Source of the DNA: Eledone cirrhosa
Taxonomy: Eukaryota
DNA length: 64,000 bases
Direction of reading: 5' to 3'
Assembly (NCBI GenBank): GCA_964016885.1
Contig: OZ024766.1
Span: 3,720,001-3,784,000, forward strand
Shown here: piece after piece, positions 27,763-41,744 of the stretch
How positions within the stretch are numbered: the stretch's first letter is position 1
Layout: the number at the start of each line of letters is the position of its first letter
Made by a program: the position numbers and the translations under genes
The notes under the pieces: model-generated
Seen by the model: only the letters and a program-made list of their open reading frames with translations
Told to the model about the DNA's origin: nothing
The model's database searches: none

Positions 27763-28609
27763 AATAATAATTGTTTCTACTTTTGGCACAAGGCCAGCAA
27801 TTACCCCAGAGTATTACTGGTACTTTATTTTATCGATCCTGTAAGGCTGTGAGGCAAAGTTAACCTCGGCGGGATTTGAACTCAGACCGTAAAGGGACGT
27901 AACTCTATACCGCAAAGCATGGCGCCCGACCCTCTACGGATACTGCCAATCCACCTATTAATGATAATAATAATAATAATAATAATAATTGTTTCTACTT
28001 TAGGCACAAGGCCAGCAAATACCCCAGTGCATTACTGGTACTTTATTTTAATAATAATAATATTAATAATTGTTTCTAAATTTGGCACAAGGCCAGCAAT
28101 TTTAGGGGACTTGGGAAAGTCGATTAAATCAACCCTAATGTATTACAGGTACTTTATTTCATCAACCCCGCAAGGATAAAAAGCAAAGCTAACCTCGGCA
28201 GGACTGGAACTCACCCCTTTCTGTCATAACTGGTCCCTCTGGTTACGACAATAGTATATAATGCTTAAGGGTTAACCCTTTAGTATTTAAACCGACCAGC
28301 CAGAGTTCTCTCATCCATTTCTGTTCAAACCAGCCACTCATACTGATGTTAGGGTATTGTTCTCTAAACAGATAATAACATCGTAAAAATCTCGTAGATT
28401 TGATATTATATAAGATGACCTGGGATGAGGTGATAAAAGCCGACCTTACCCAATTACACCTCTCAAAGGCAATGACACACGACCGTGACCTCTGGCGTCA
28501 CGCAGTAATACAGAGTACCCGACCTCCCATGGGTACAAGCTGAAGCATATAGACAATATGCCCCCACACCCCCCACCGCAAGGTGGTCGTGGAGGTGCCA
28601 TGGCAAAAA

Positions 28610-29047
28610 AGCACCCAGCCCTCACTGTAAAGTGGACGTGTAGGCGCCACGAAAAAGCACCCAGCCCTCACTGTAAAGTGGACGTGTAGGCGCCACGAAA
28701 AAGCACCCAGCCCTCACTGTAAAGTGGACGTGTAGGCGCCACGAAAAAGCACCCAGCCCTCACTGTAAAGTGGACGTGTAGGCGCCACGAAAAAGCACCC
28801 AGCACTCACTGTAAAGTGGACGTGTAGGCGCCACGAAAAAGCACCCAGCCCTCACTGTAAAGTGGACGTGTAGGTGCCACGAAAAAGCACCCAGCACTCA
28901 CTGTAAAGTGGACGTGTAGGTGCCACGAAAAAGCACCCAGCACTCACTGTAAAGTGGACGTGTAGGTGCCACGAAAAAGCACCCAGCCCTCACTGTAAAG
29001 TGGACGTGTAGGGGCCACGGTAAAAAAGCACCCAGCACTCACTGTAA
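28610..29047. repeat. 46-bp minisatellite inside a SINE/RTE tail
   Basis: Unit cacccagccctcactgtaaagtggacgtgtaggcgccacgaaaaag. Confidence 0.9.
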
Positions 29048-29804
29048 ATGAGGTTGGTGTTAGGAAGGGCATCCAGCTGTAGAAATCAAGCCAAATCAGT
29101 TCCTGTATGAGCATGGCATGGTCAGCCGACCAGACACTGCCCACAACAGGACAACCCGTCTAACCCATGCTAGCGTGGCAGAACGGACGTAAAACGGTGA
29201 CGACGATGAGATATGGAGGGGTGCTTCAGCCAGACTAATCACAGACAAACAACTTAGATATAAACTCTACTGGGTAGGAAATGATGATGGGGTAGGGGGC
29301 ATAGGTATCTTACTAGCTGAGAAATGGACAGATAAGGCGATGGAGGCTGTTAAAGTAAGTAACAGAAGTTTTAAGCTAAATAGCTAGAGGAAATAGCGTG
29401 GAAGAACGGACGTAAAACGGTGATGATGATGATGATGATAAGCTAACTGTGAGATAAGGCCTTTACTGCGAAAATGCAGTAGTAGGGTTAAACAGGACAT
29501 TACAAAATGTAGATACTAAGGATAGATTGACAAGGTAATAATATTATTGTTATTGTTATTATATCATGACTCATACACTGTTTATTTTCCTGACATTTGT
29601 ACATTATTCTATGTACTATACATGCACCTTTGATGAGTTGTAGTGCACCTGAGCACTGTACACAATAATTTCATTATTATTATTATTATTATAACACTAA
29701 GGAAGCAGGTTATAATAGAGGAACTAACGTAAGATATAGCCAAAAGGGGCAAAAATCAAAAGATATGAGAGCATGTTTGACAACGACTAGGGGATGTTAT
29801 GCAA

Positions 29805-30300
29805 ACTGAACAAATTACCTCATTCTGAGAAATGATACGAGCATAAGCTAGAGTCGGTGATAGAAAACTATCAGGTGAAGGTGCTGTGGGATTTCAGGAT
29901 ACAAACAGATAAAGAATTAGAACACAATAGGCCTCACCTGGTCGGTTTTATCAAGGAATAAAAGATCTGGCTTGATTATAGATCCACTATAGATAGACCT
30001 CTTTGACACAAAAGTGCAAGAAAACAAGGAGAAAATTAACCAGTACCAGGATCTAAAGTGGGAACTGAAAAGGATTTGGGACCGTCATGGGATCAAGGAT
30101 GTCCCCCTTTGTCATAGGAGCACAAGGTACTATCTCAAAGAGTTTCCAAGGCTGGTTAAAGAACATTAAACCAACTCCCTTTTCTGAAATACTCAAGATG
30201 CCCTACTGAGAACAGCAAGGACTCTACAATATGTCCTGAATACCTGAGAGTGCAGGGGGCAGCTTCATGTTCATTAGGGCAAGTTTTCCAGTTAAATAAC
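29805..30300 (+). mobile_element. Degenerate RLE-type (R4/Dong-like) non-LTR retrotransposon endonuclease region
   Basis: VKVLWDFRIQTDKELEHNRP...KEKINQYQDLKWELKRIW motif, with stops and frameshifts. Confidence 0.7.
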
Positions 30301-31202
30301 AACAATGACCGAGATATCAAATTTATAAAAATTGTTTCTACTTTAGGCACAAGGCCAGCAATTACTCCAGTGTATTACTGATACTTTATTTTATCGACCC
30401 CGTAAGAACTGTTTCTACTTTTGGCACAAGGCCAGCAATTACCCCAGTGTATTACTGGTACTTTATTTTATCTACCCCGTAATAATTGTTTCTACTTTTG
30501 GGGGCACAAGGCCATCAATTACCCCAGTGTATTACTGGTACTTTATTTTATCGACCCCCGTAATAACTGTTTCTACTTTTGGCACAAGGCCAGCAATTAC
30601 CCCAGTGTATTACTGGTACTTTATTTTATCGACCCAGTAATAATTGTTTCTACTTTTGGCACAAGGCCGGCAATTACCTCAGTGTATTACTGGTACTTTA
30701 TTTTATCTACCTCGTAAGGATGAAAGGCAAAGTTAACCTCGGCGGGATTTGAACTCAGAATGGCAAGGGCCGTAACTCTATGCGTCCGACCCTCTACCGA
30801 TGCTGCCAATTCACAATAATAATAAGGGTTTAAAGTGGGAATTAAAAAGGATTTGGGACCACTATCATGAGATGAAGGCTGTCCTCATTGTCATAGGAAC
30901 ACAAGGGACTAACTCAAAGCCAACCTCGGCGGGATTTGAACTGAGAATGTAAAGGGATGTAACTATATGCTGCAAAGCATGTTGCGCGACACTCTACCGA
31001 TTAATGCCAACAGACTGCCCTTAATTTCTTTAATGACTACAAGTGTTGAAAAAAAAGTGTTGAAAAGTGTAAAAAAAACAACAACAAAACAGGAGGGGGG
31101 GGGTTACGTGGAAAAACAAATAAGTCAACAATTAGCAATAAAATTCTCCAATAATACGGAGAGGGCCGTGGAAGCAGAGTCCTCAAACACTCCTTCCAGT
31201 GG

Positions 31203-31931
31203 GTCCTGTTAGAAGCAACACAATATAGTCTAAAAACCTTAAGGACAGCAATTCCTGTCAGAAGCAACACAATATAGTCTTAAAAACCTTAAGGACAGCG
31301 AGTCCTGTCAGAAGCAACACAATATAGTCTTAAAAACCTTAAGGACAGCAATTCCTGTCAGAAGCAACACAATATAGTCTTAAAAACCTTAAGGACAGCG
31401 AGTCCTGTCAGAAGCAACACAATATAGTCTTAAAAACCTTAAGGACAGCAATTCCTGTCAGAAGCAACACAATATAGTCTTAAAAACCTTAAGGACAGCG
31501 AGTCCTGTTAGAAGCAACACAATATAGTCTTAAAAACCTTAAGGACAGCAAGTCCTGTCAGAAGCAACACAATATAGTCTTAAAAACCTTAAGGACAGCA
31601 AGTCCTGTCAGAAGCAACACAATATAGTCTTAAAAACCTTAAGGACAGCGAGTCCTGTCAGAAGCAACACAATATAGTCTTAAAAACCTTAAGGACAGCG
31701 AGTCCTGTCAGAAGCAACACAATATAGTCTTAAAAACCTTAAGGACAGCGAGTCCTGTCAGAAGCAACACAATATAGTCTTAAAAACCTTAAGGACAGCG
31801 AGTCCTGTCAGAAGCAACACAATATAGTCTTAAAAACCTTAAGGACAGCGAGTCCTGTCAGAAGCAACACAATATAGTCTTAAAAACCTTAAGGACAGCG
31901 AGTCCTGTCAGAAGCAACACAATATAGTCTT
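31203..31931. repeat. 50-bp minisatellite (about 14 copies)
   Basis: Unit gaagcaacacaatatagtcttaaaaaccttaaggacagcgagtcctgtca. Confidence 0.93.
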
Positions 31932-33716
31932 GGACTGGGTACTTTTTGTTGTGACAACTACATGACCACTTTACAATGTGGACTGGGTGCTTTTTGTTGT
32001 GACACCTACATGACCACTTTACAGTGTGGATTGGGTACTTTTTGTTGTGACACCTACATGACCACTTTACAATGTGGACTGGGTGCTTTTTGTTGTGACA
32101 CCTACATGACCACTTTACAGTGTGGATTGGGTGTTTTTTGTTGTGACACCTACAATACCACTTTACAGTGTGGACTGGGTGCTTTTTGTCGTGACACCTA
32201 CATGACCACTTTACAGTGTGGACTGGGTACTTTTTGTTGTGACACCTACATGACCACTTTACTGTGTGGACTGGGTGCTTTTTGTTGTGACACCTATATG
32301 ACCACTTTACAGTGTGGACTGGGTGTTTTTTGTTGTGACACCTACAATACCACTTTACAGTGTTGACTGGGTGCTTTTTGTTGTGACACCTACATGACCA
32401 CTTTACAGTGTGGATTGGGTACTTTTTGTTGTGACACCTATATGACCACTTTACAGTGTGGACTGGGTGCTTTTTGTTGTGACACCTACATGACCACTTT
32501 ACAGTGTGGACTGGGTGCTTTTTGTTGTGACACCTACATGACCACTTTACAGTGTGGACTGGGTGCTTTTTGTCATGACACCTACATGACCACTTTACAG
32601 TGTGGACTGGGTGCTTTTTGTCATGACACCTACATGACCACTTTACAGTGTGGACTGGGTGCTTTTTGTTGTGACACCTACATGACCACTTTACAGTGTG
32701 GACTGGGTGCTTTTTGTCATGACACCTACATGACCACTTTACAGTGTGGACTTGGTGCTTTTTGTTGTGACACCTACATGACCACTTTACAGTGTGGATT
32801 GGGTGTTTTTTGTTGTGACACCTACATGACCACTTTACAGTGTTGACTGGGTGCTTTTTGTTGTGACACCTACATGACCACTTTACAGTGTGGATTGGGT
32901 ACTTTTTGTTGTGACACCTATATGACCACTTTACAGTGTGGACTGGGTGCTTTTTGTTGTGACACCTACATGACCACTTTACAGTGTGGATTGGGTACTT
33001 TTTGTTGTGACACCTACATGACCACTTTACAGTGTGGACTGGGTACTTTTTGTTGTGACACCTACATGACCACTTTACAGTGTGGATTGGGTACTTTTTG
33101 TTGTGACACCTACATGACCACTTTACAGTGTGGACTGGGTGCTTTTTGTTGTGACACCTACATGACCACTTTACAGTGTGGACTGGGTGCTTTTTGTCAT
33201 GACACCTACATGACCACTTTACAGTGTGGACTGGGTGCTTTTTGTTGTGACACCTACATGACCACTTTACAGTGTGGACTGGGTGCTTTTTGTCATGACA
33301 CCTACATGACCACTTTACAGTGTGGACTGGGTGCTTTTTGTTGTGACACCTACATGACCACTTTACAGTGTGGATTGGGTGTTTTTTGTTGTGACACCTA
33401 CATGACCACTTTACAGTGTTGACTGGGTGCTTTTTGTTGTGACACCTACATGACCACTTTACAGTGTGGATTGGGTACTTTTTGTTGTGACACCTATATG
33501 ACCACTTTACAGTGTGGACTGGGTGCTTTTTGTTGTGACACCTACATGACCACTTTACAGTGTGGATTGGGTACTTTTTGTTGTGACACCTACATGACCA
33601 CTTTACAGTGTGGACTGGGTACTTTTTGTTGTGACACCTACATGACCACTTTACAGTGTGGATTGGGTACTTTTTGTTGTGACACCTACATGACCACTTT
33701 ACAGTGTGGGCTGGGT
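31931..33716. repeat. 48-bp minisatellite (about 37 copies)
   Basis: Unit gactgggtgctttttgttgtgacacctacatgaccactttacagtgtg. Confidence 0.95.
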
Positions 33717-33823
33717 GACACACGGACAGACAAACACAAGCTATATATAGAGAGACAGACACAGTTATATACACAAGCTATATATATAGTGAGAAAAAGA
33801 GAGGATAGAGGAGACAAAGTCAC

Positions 33824-33863
<40 letters not shown>

Positions 33864-33868
33864 CACAC

Positions 33869-33911
<43 letters not shown>

Positions 33912-34017
33912 TATAGAGAGAGAGAGAGACAGAAGGAGAGGGGGAAGAGGTATCTATAAATATTTGTGTTGCTTTCCTTAAAACTATATTAATTAGTGTC
34001 AACAACAACTAATGACA

Positions 34018-34932
34018 GTGGGGGTGGTGTAGGTGGTGTAGCTGATAGTGGTAGTGGTGGTGGTGGTATGGTGGTGTAGCTGATAGTGGTGGTGGTGGTG
34101 GTGGTGGTGGTGTAGCTGATAGTGGTAGTAGTGGTGGTGGTGGTGTTGATAGTAGTAATGGTGGTGTAGCTGATAGTGGTGGTGGTGGTGGTAGTGGTGG
34201 TGGAGCTGATAGTGGTAGTAGTGGTGGTGGTGGTGATAGTGGTGGTGGTGTAGTTGATGGTAGTGGTAGTAGTGGTGGTGTTGATAGTAGTAGTAGTGGT
34301 GGTGGTGGTAGTAGTGGTGGTGGTGTAGTTGATAGTAGTAGTGGTAGTAGTGGTGATGTAGCTGATAGTAGTAGTGGTAGTAGTGGTGGTGGTAGTAGTG
34401 GTGGTGTAGTTGATAGTAGTGGTGGTGGTGGTAGTGGTGGTGGTGGTAGTGGTAGTAGTGGTGGTGGTAGTAGTGGTGGTGGTGGTGGTGGTGGTGGTAG
34501 TGGTGGTGTAGTTGATAGTAGTAGTAGTGGTGGTGGTAGTGGTGGTGTAGCTGATAGTAGTAGTAGTGGTGGTGTAGTTGATAGTAGTAGTGGTGGTGGT
34601 AGTGGTAGTGGTGGTGGTGGTGGTAGTGGTAGTAGTGGTGGTGGTGGTGGTGGTAGTAGTGGTGGTGTAGTAGTAGTAGTGGTGGTAGTGGTGGTGTAGT
34701 TGATAGTAGTAGTAGTGGTGGTGGTAGTGGTGGTGTAGCTGATAGTAGTAGTAGTGGTGGTGTAGTTGATAGTAGTAGTGGTGGTGGTAGTGGTAGTGGT
34801 GGTGGTGGTGGTAGTGGTAGTAGTGGTGGTGGTGGTGGTGGTAGTAGTGGTGGTGTAGTAGTAGTAGTAGTGGTGGTGTAGTTGATAGTAGTAGTAGTGG
34901 TGGTGGTAGTGGTAGTGTTGTTGATAGTAGTG

Positions 34933-34964
<32 letters not shown>

Positions 34965-35017
34965 GGTAGTAGTGGTGGTGGTAGTAGTGGTGGTGGTAGT
35001 AGTGGTGGTGTAGTTGA

Positions 35018-35049
<32 letters not shown>

Positions 35050-35430
35050 TAGTTGATAGTAGTAGTGGTGGTGGTAGTAGTAGTGGTGGTGGTGGTGGTA
35101 GTGGTAGTAGTGGTGGTGGTGGTGGTGGTAGTAGTGGTGTAGTAGTAGTAGTAGTAGTGGTGGTGTAGTTGATAGTAGTAGTAGTGGTGGTGGTAGTGGT
35201 AGTGTTGTTGATAGTAGTAGTAGTAGTGGTAGTAGTGGTGGTGGTAGTGGTGGTGGTGTAGTTGATAGTAGTGGTAGTGGTAGTAGTGGTGGTGTAGCTG
35301 ATAGTAGTAGTGGTGGTGGTAGTAGTGGTGGTGTAGTTGATAGTAGTAGTGGTGGTGGTAGTAGTAGTGGTAGTAGTGGTGGTGTAGTTGATAGTAGTAG
35401 TAGTAGTAGTGGTGGTGGTGGTGGTGGTGA
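34018..35430. repeat. (GGT/AGT)n trinucleotide low-complexity tract
   Basis: Direct inspection. Confidence 0.9.
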
Positions 35431-35862
35431 ATGAACACAAATATATGTCAGGTGGAAGGTATTTTTAGAAACACAATATGGACACCCCTTCACTCAATGA
35501 TAATGAAACATTCCACGATATTATATTTATACATGTCTGTGGGTGTGTATATCATTATCATCATCATCATCATCATCATTTTACGTCCGCTCTTCCCTGC
35601 TTATATATATATATAACATCATCATTATATATATACATACATATATAATGGAGGCACTTGGCTTAGTGGTTAGAGCATTGGCCTTGCAATCGAAAGGTTG
35701 TGAGTTCAATTCTCAGACCGGGTGATGTGTTGTGTCCTTGAGCAAGACACTTTATTTCACGTTGCTCCAGTTTACTCAGCTGTAGAAATGAGATGATAGG
35801 GTCTGGGGTCCCTATCATTCCACTGCAAAGTGGTCGTGGAGGTGCCACGGCAAAAAAGAACC

Positions 35863-36705
35863 CAGCCCACACTGTAAAGTGGACGTGTAGGCACCACAGC
35901 CCACACTGTAAAGTGGACGTGTAGGCACCACAGCCCACACTGTAAAGTGGACGTGTAGGCACCACAGCCCACACTGTAAAGTGGACGTGTAGGCACCACA
36001 GCCCACACTGTAAAGTGGACGTGTAGGCACCACAGCCCACACTGTAAAGTGGACGTGTAGGCACCACAGCCCACACTGTAAAGTGGACGTGTAGGCACCA
36101 CAGCCCACACTGTAAAGTGGACGTGTAGGCACCACAGCCCACACTGTAAAGTGGACGTGTAGGCGCCACGGAAAAAAAAAAGCACCCAGCACTCACTGTA
36201 AAGTGGTTGTGGAGGTGCCACGGCAAAGAAAGCACCCAGCACTCACTGTAAAGTGGTTGTGGAGGTGCCACGGCAAAGAAAGCACCCAGCACTCACTGTA
36301 AATGAGGTTGTGGAGGTGCCACGGCAAAGAAAGCACCCAGCACTCACTGTAAATGAGGTTGTGGAGGTGCCACGGCAAACAAGCACCCAGCACTCACTGT
36401 AAAGTGGTCGTGGAGGTGCCACGGCAAAAAAGCACCCAGCACTCACTGTAAAGTGGTCGTGGAGGTGCCACGGCAAAAAAGCACCCAGCACTCACTGTAA
36501 AGTGGTCATGGAGGTGCCACGGCAAAAAAGCACCCAGCACTCACTGTAAATGAGGTTGTGGAGGTGCCACGGCAAAAAAGCACCCAGCACTCACTGTAAA
36601 GTGGTTGTGGAGGTGCCACGGCAAAAAAGCACCCAACACTCACTGTAAATGAGGTTGTGGAGGTGCCACGGCAAAAAAGCACCCAGCACTCACTGTAAAT
36701 GAGGT
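35863..36705. repeat. 34-bp and 49-50-bp tandem arrays inside one SINE
   Basis: cagcccacactgtaaagtggacgtgtaggcacca x9, then agcacccagcactcactgtaaagtggttgtggaggtgccacggcaaaaa x11. Confidence 0.9.
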
Positions 36706-36810
36706 TGGTGTTAGGAAGGGCATCCAGCTGTAGAAATCAAGCCAGAATCAGTTCCCGTCCCACCCTTGCAAGCAGGGAGAAAGTGGACTAATGATGATGA
36801 TGATGATGAT

Positions 36811-36930
36811 GAGCAGAGCAGTGATATTAGAGTTCTTTGAGATACTGGCTGGAGTGCTCCAGGGAGATACATTGGCTCCCTACCTTTTTATCATCGTAGT
36901 GGACTATTGTATGCGCCTTGCACTGGAGAA
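36811..36930 (+). mobile_element. RTE-like LINE reverse-transcriptase fragment
   Basis: FEILAGVLQGDTLAPYLFIIVVDY (RT motif B region). Confidence 0.75.
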
Positions 36931-36932
36931 AC

Positions 36933-37724
36933 TCTATAAGGGTTCCCCGGAGGCACAAACCCCCACTGAAAATGTTTTCCCTTCGATGTATATGAAATTT
37001 AAGCCATAGGTAAATGACAACATATGATGCCTATTCACAAAATTTCAGCAAATATCAATAATATTAAGACACCCTAAATGGGGGTTAAACCCCCTATAGT
37101 GAAAATTTTGGCCAATAAATGGAACAAGATTTCACGAACTCCTTCTATGGTTTTGGAGATAGACCCCCATAACCATATATATTCTGAAACTACATTGCCC
37201 AGGGTACTTGGATAAGTATATTTCATTTTAATCGAAGGGTTCCCTGGGGGCACAAACCCCCGCTGAAAATGTTTTCCCTTTCCATTTATATGACATTTAA
37301 ACCATAGGTAAATGACAACATAAGATGCCTATTCACAAAATTTCAGCAAATTTCAATAATATTAAGACCCTAATGGGGGTTAAACCCCTTATTAGGGTTC
37401 CCCAGAGGCACAAACCCCCACTGAAAATATTTTCCCTTCTATTTATATGACATTTAAGCCATAGGTAAATGACAACATATGATGCATATTCACAAAAGTT
37501 TTGAAAATAACTATTTACAAGAAACAAAATAAGAATAAGATTTAATGTAATTTTGATTTGCTATATTACAAAAAATAATGTTTTCCAGTTTTTCATGCAT
37601 TACATTTTACATTGAGTAATATTGACTTTTTCTCCATAAATTATATCACTGATTTAAAATCAATCATCATTTTCTTACAAAAAATAATGTGTGAAACGCA
37701 ACAAGGCGCGGGTAATTTGGCTAG
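36933..37724 (+). mobile_element. Non-autonomous Helitron (same family as 42878-43894)
   Basis: Shares the internal repeat gggttccccggaggcacaaaccccc... and the 3' end finishing in CTAG|T. Confidence 0.75.
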
Positions 37725-38102
37725 TATATATATATATATATCATCATCATCATCATCATTTCATTTTACGTCCGCTTTTTCCTGCTTGCAAGGGTGGGAC
37801 GGGAACTGATCCTAGCTTGATCTCTACAGCTGGATGCCCTTCCTAACACCAACCTCATTTACAGTGAGTGCTGGGTGCTTTTTTGCCGTGGCACCTCCAC
37901 AACCACTTTACAGTGGAATGATAGGGACCCCAGTCCCTATCATCTCATTTCTACAGCTGAGTAAACTGGAGCAATGTGAAATAAAGTGTCTTGCTCAAGG
38001 AAACAACACATCACCCGGTCTGAGAATTGAACTCACAACCTTTCGATTGCAAGGCCAATGCTCTAACCACTAAGCCATGTGCCTCCATATTATATATATA
38101 TG

Positions 38103-38380
38103 TGGAGGCATGTGGCCTAGTGGTAAGGGTGCTGACCTCGCGATCATAATGTCGTGGGTTTGATTCCTGGGCTGCGTGTTGCGTTCTTGAGCAAGACACT
38201 TCATTTCACGTTGCTCCAGTCTACTCAGCTGGTAATGAGTACCAGTAATAGCTGGGGGTTTAACCCGGTGATGGACTGGCATCCTGTCCAGGGGGGAGTC
38301 TTGTACTCTCAGTCACTTCACGCTATGAAACAGGGATAAACACCGACCAAATGAGCTTTCTGGCTTAAGACAGACTTTAG
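38103..38380 (+). mobile_element. Second tRNA-derived SINE subfamily, head-to-head with the preceding SINE
   Basis: A and B boxes, cttgagcaagacact core and gatggactggcatcctgtccaggg segment. Confidence 0.75.
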
Positions 38381-39463
38381 ATATATATATATATGTATAT
38401 ATATATGTATATATATATGTATATATATATGTATATGTGCGCACATACATGTATACATATACACATACATATAGCTATATATATCCGGATTGCACCAGTT
38501 TTAAACTTGTTCATTATTCAACACATGGTTGAAAATGAACAAACAAAACACGGAAGACAATTGTACACAGGTATATATAAATATGCTTATATATATATAT
38601 ATATGCTTATATATATATATATATATATGCTTATATATGTGTATATACACATATGCTTATATATATATATATATATATGCTTATATATGTGTATATACAC
38701 ATATGCTTATATATATATATATATGCTTATATATGTGTATATACACATATGCTTATATATATATATATATGCTTATATATGTGTATATACACATATGCTT
38801 ATATATATATATATATATATGCTTATATATGTGTATATACACATATGCTTATATATATATATAAATATATAAATATGCTTATATATGTGTATATACACAT
38901 ATATAAGCATATATATATATATAAATATATACATATGCTTATATATATACATATGCTTATATATATACATATGCTTATATATATATATATATGCTTATAT
39001 ATATATATATATGCTTATATACATATATATATGCTTATATACATATATATATATGCTTATATACATATATATATGCTTATATACATATATATATGCTTAT
39101 ATACATATATATATGCTTATATACATATATATATGCTTATATACATATATATATATGCTTATATACATATATATATATGCTTATATACATATATATATAT
39201 GCTTATATACATATATATATATGCTTATATACATATATATATATATACTTATATACATATATATATATATATATGCTTATATACATATATATATATATAT
39301 ATGCTTATATACATATATATATATATATATGCTTATATACATATATATATATATATGCTTATATACATATATATATATATATGCTTATATACATATATAT
39401 ATATATATGCTTATATACATATATATATATATATGCTTATATACATATATATATATATATGCT

Positions 39464-39532
<69 letters not shown>

Positions 39533-39563
39533 TTATATATGTGTATATATATATATATACTTA

Positions 39564-39598
<35 letters not shown>

Positions 39599-39990
39599 GC
39601 TTATATATTTTAGCTAGTTTCCTACAAGGTTGTATCATATAGAAGGTAACACTACTACCAGTACTACCACCACCACCACTACACCACCACCACTACACCA
39701 CCACCACCGCCACTACATCACCATCCTCACTACACCACCGCCACCACCACTACACCACCACCACCACCACTACACCACCACCACCACTCCCAACAGGATA
39801 TATTGTGTTGTCCTTCACAGAAAAAATGTTATCTCTTGTTGAACTTTACAGATGCTGAGAAGACACACCGACAGACAGCTAAAATATAAATATATATATA
39901 TATATATGCATATATATACATACATGTGTGTGTGTGTATATATACATACATACATATACAAAAATACATACACACAGACAGACATTTAAA

Positions 39991-40028
<38 letters not shown>

Positions 40029-40719
40029 GCATATATATACATATGTGTGTGTGTGTATATATGGTGGCTGCCAACTCGTTTTCAAGTACGGCCACTACTT
40101 TATATCCATGTAGGAGAACCCCTACCGATGCGCTGAACGAGTGTGACTTTTTAGTCCAGCCAGCGACTTGAAAACTCTGGTACAAACACTACACCTGTGA
40201 CAATTATTGACACATAGTGCTGGGCCCATGGTACCATGTGACGACAAGTGCAGAGAGATCTCCAGATATAAAGCAATGCCTGTGCCGTGAAGCTTTTATA
40301 GTGAGCAAAGGCACTGCACAAAGCCAGTCCCACTCTCTTAACCAAGATGATATTTACCAAAAAGAAGAACAAGTCAACATCATTGGATACCATCAGGGTT
40401 GCAGGTGTTATATCAGAGTTTTCCTTCTCCTAGAATTCTGCCTTGACAAAGGCTAAGGGGTCATCTCTCCCGGTGATTTTGGATGGCCATTGAATCTTAA
40501 GCTCCTTTGCCCTTTGACAGGTTTTGTTTTTAGTCCTGCAGGATGTCCAAAGTCCCCCTCCTCACCAAGAAACCTTGGTGGGGTTGCCAGTTTAGTCGCC
40601 AACGACTGTGTGTGTATATACAATATACACACACACAAACAGCCACATTTGTGTGTGTGTGTGGTTTACAGTAGATAGAAATACAGTGTATAAATATACA
40701 CACACACACACCCAGTGAG

Positions 40720-40762
<43 letters not shown>

Positions 40763-40874
40763 AGAGTTAAACAAGATTCAATGAGTACATCAAAGAATGA
40801 GTTTTACAGTAGATTGGACTACCTTGATTAAATCTTAACCATCTGACATCTCAGGGTATGTCATGTATCATTTT

Positions 40875-40940
40875 ATTTTATCTGATGAGGACGTACTGTT
40901 GAACCTGATTCAAGTACCTCTGAAATATGTATAATAAAAT
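40875..40940 (+). ncRNA. Hammerhead ribozyme copy with a diverged but still paired stem II
   Basis: AUUUUAU-CUGAUGA-GGA.GUAC..UUGAA/UUCAA-GUAC.UCU-GAAA-UAUGUA-U-A-AUAAAAU. Confidence 0.65.
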
Positions 40941-41243
40941 TTAATTGATCACAAAAACATCTATTTTATTAATATTTGAATCTTAATATATATATATGAT
41001 ATACGATATGAAGGAAGACGTGGTAGAGGTAGACCACGAAAAACATGGGCGGAGGTGGTGAGAACAGACCTCAGATCATTGAAGCTCACGGTGGAGATGA
41101 CGAGGAACCGTGACGAGTGGAGAGATGCTGTGTTGAATAAGACCCGTCCCACCCTTGCAAGCAGGGAAAAGCGACATAAAATGATGATGATGATATATAT
41201 ACGATATATTAACAAATGGAAACTATATTTATAAAACCATATT

Positions 41244-41308
41244 TATTTCATTATACATATTTCAAGGACACCAAGTTAAATTATGGTGTGCTTTCATCAG
41301 ATAAAATA
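41244..41308 (-). ncRNA. Hammerhead ribozyme copy on the minus strand (sense to the PKA-C pre-mRNA)
   Basis: Reverse complement reads UAUUUUAU-CUGAUGA-AAG.ACACCA/UGGUGU.CUU-GAAA-UAUGUA-U-A-AUGAAAUA. Confidence 0.65.
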
Positions 41309-41380
41309 TAATATAGATCAGTTTTATAAATAAATATTGACATACCCTTAACGAATGCAACCATTACTGTTGGAAGCTCC

Positions 41381-41416
<36 letters not shown>

Positions 41417-41422
<6 letters not shown>

Positions 41423-41744
41423 TTAAAACAATGAAATTAAACACAAAACTGTTAATTCATAGTAAAACTCATTATTTTACGATCGTTTCTGGGGGGGTAG
41501 TTCCCTGTATGTTCATTCAATTATTGATCTATGTAAAACATATTACAGAAATAACATTATTTCTGAAGATGGCGGGTAGTAAAGACGTGTGTATCTTTTT
41601 CTTACTCTGATATTTTGTAATATGTTTTACATAGATCAATAATTGAATGAACATACAGAGAACTACCCCCCAGAAACATTCGTAAAATAATGAGTTTTAC
41701 TATGAATTAACAGTTTTGTGTTTAATTTCATTGTTTTAATATTT
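41417..41744. repeat. Long inverted repeat (arms about 130 bp, spacer about 60 bp)
   Basis: aaatattaaaacaatgaaattaaacacaaaac... / ...gttttgtgtttaatttcattgttttaatattt. Confidence 0.9.

Noticed and set aside
31858-33774. 638-aa Cys/His-rich repeat ORF ([13 protein letters not shown])
   Set aside because: 48-bp satellite derived from a SINE tail; open in several frames by chance.
33989-35493. Mucin-like Thr/Pro/His-rich ORFs
   Set aside because: Trinucleotide low-complexity tract open in all three minus frames, with no splice or start context.
35650-35720. tRNA gene-like sequence
   Set aside because: tRNA-derived SINE head present in many copies and continuing into SINE core and tail.
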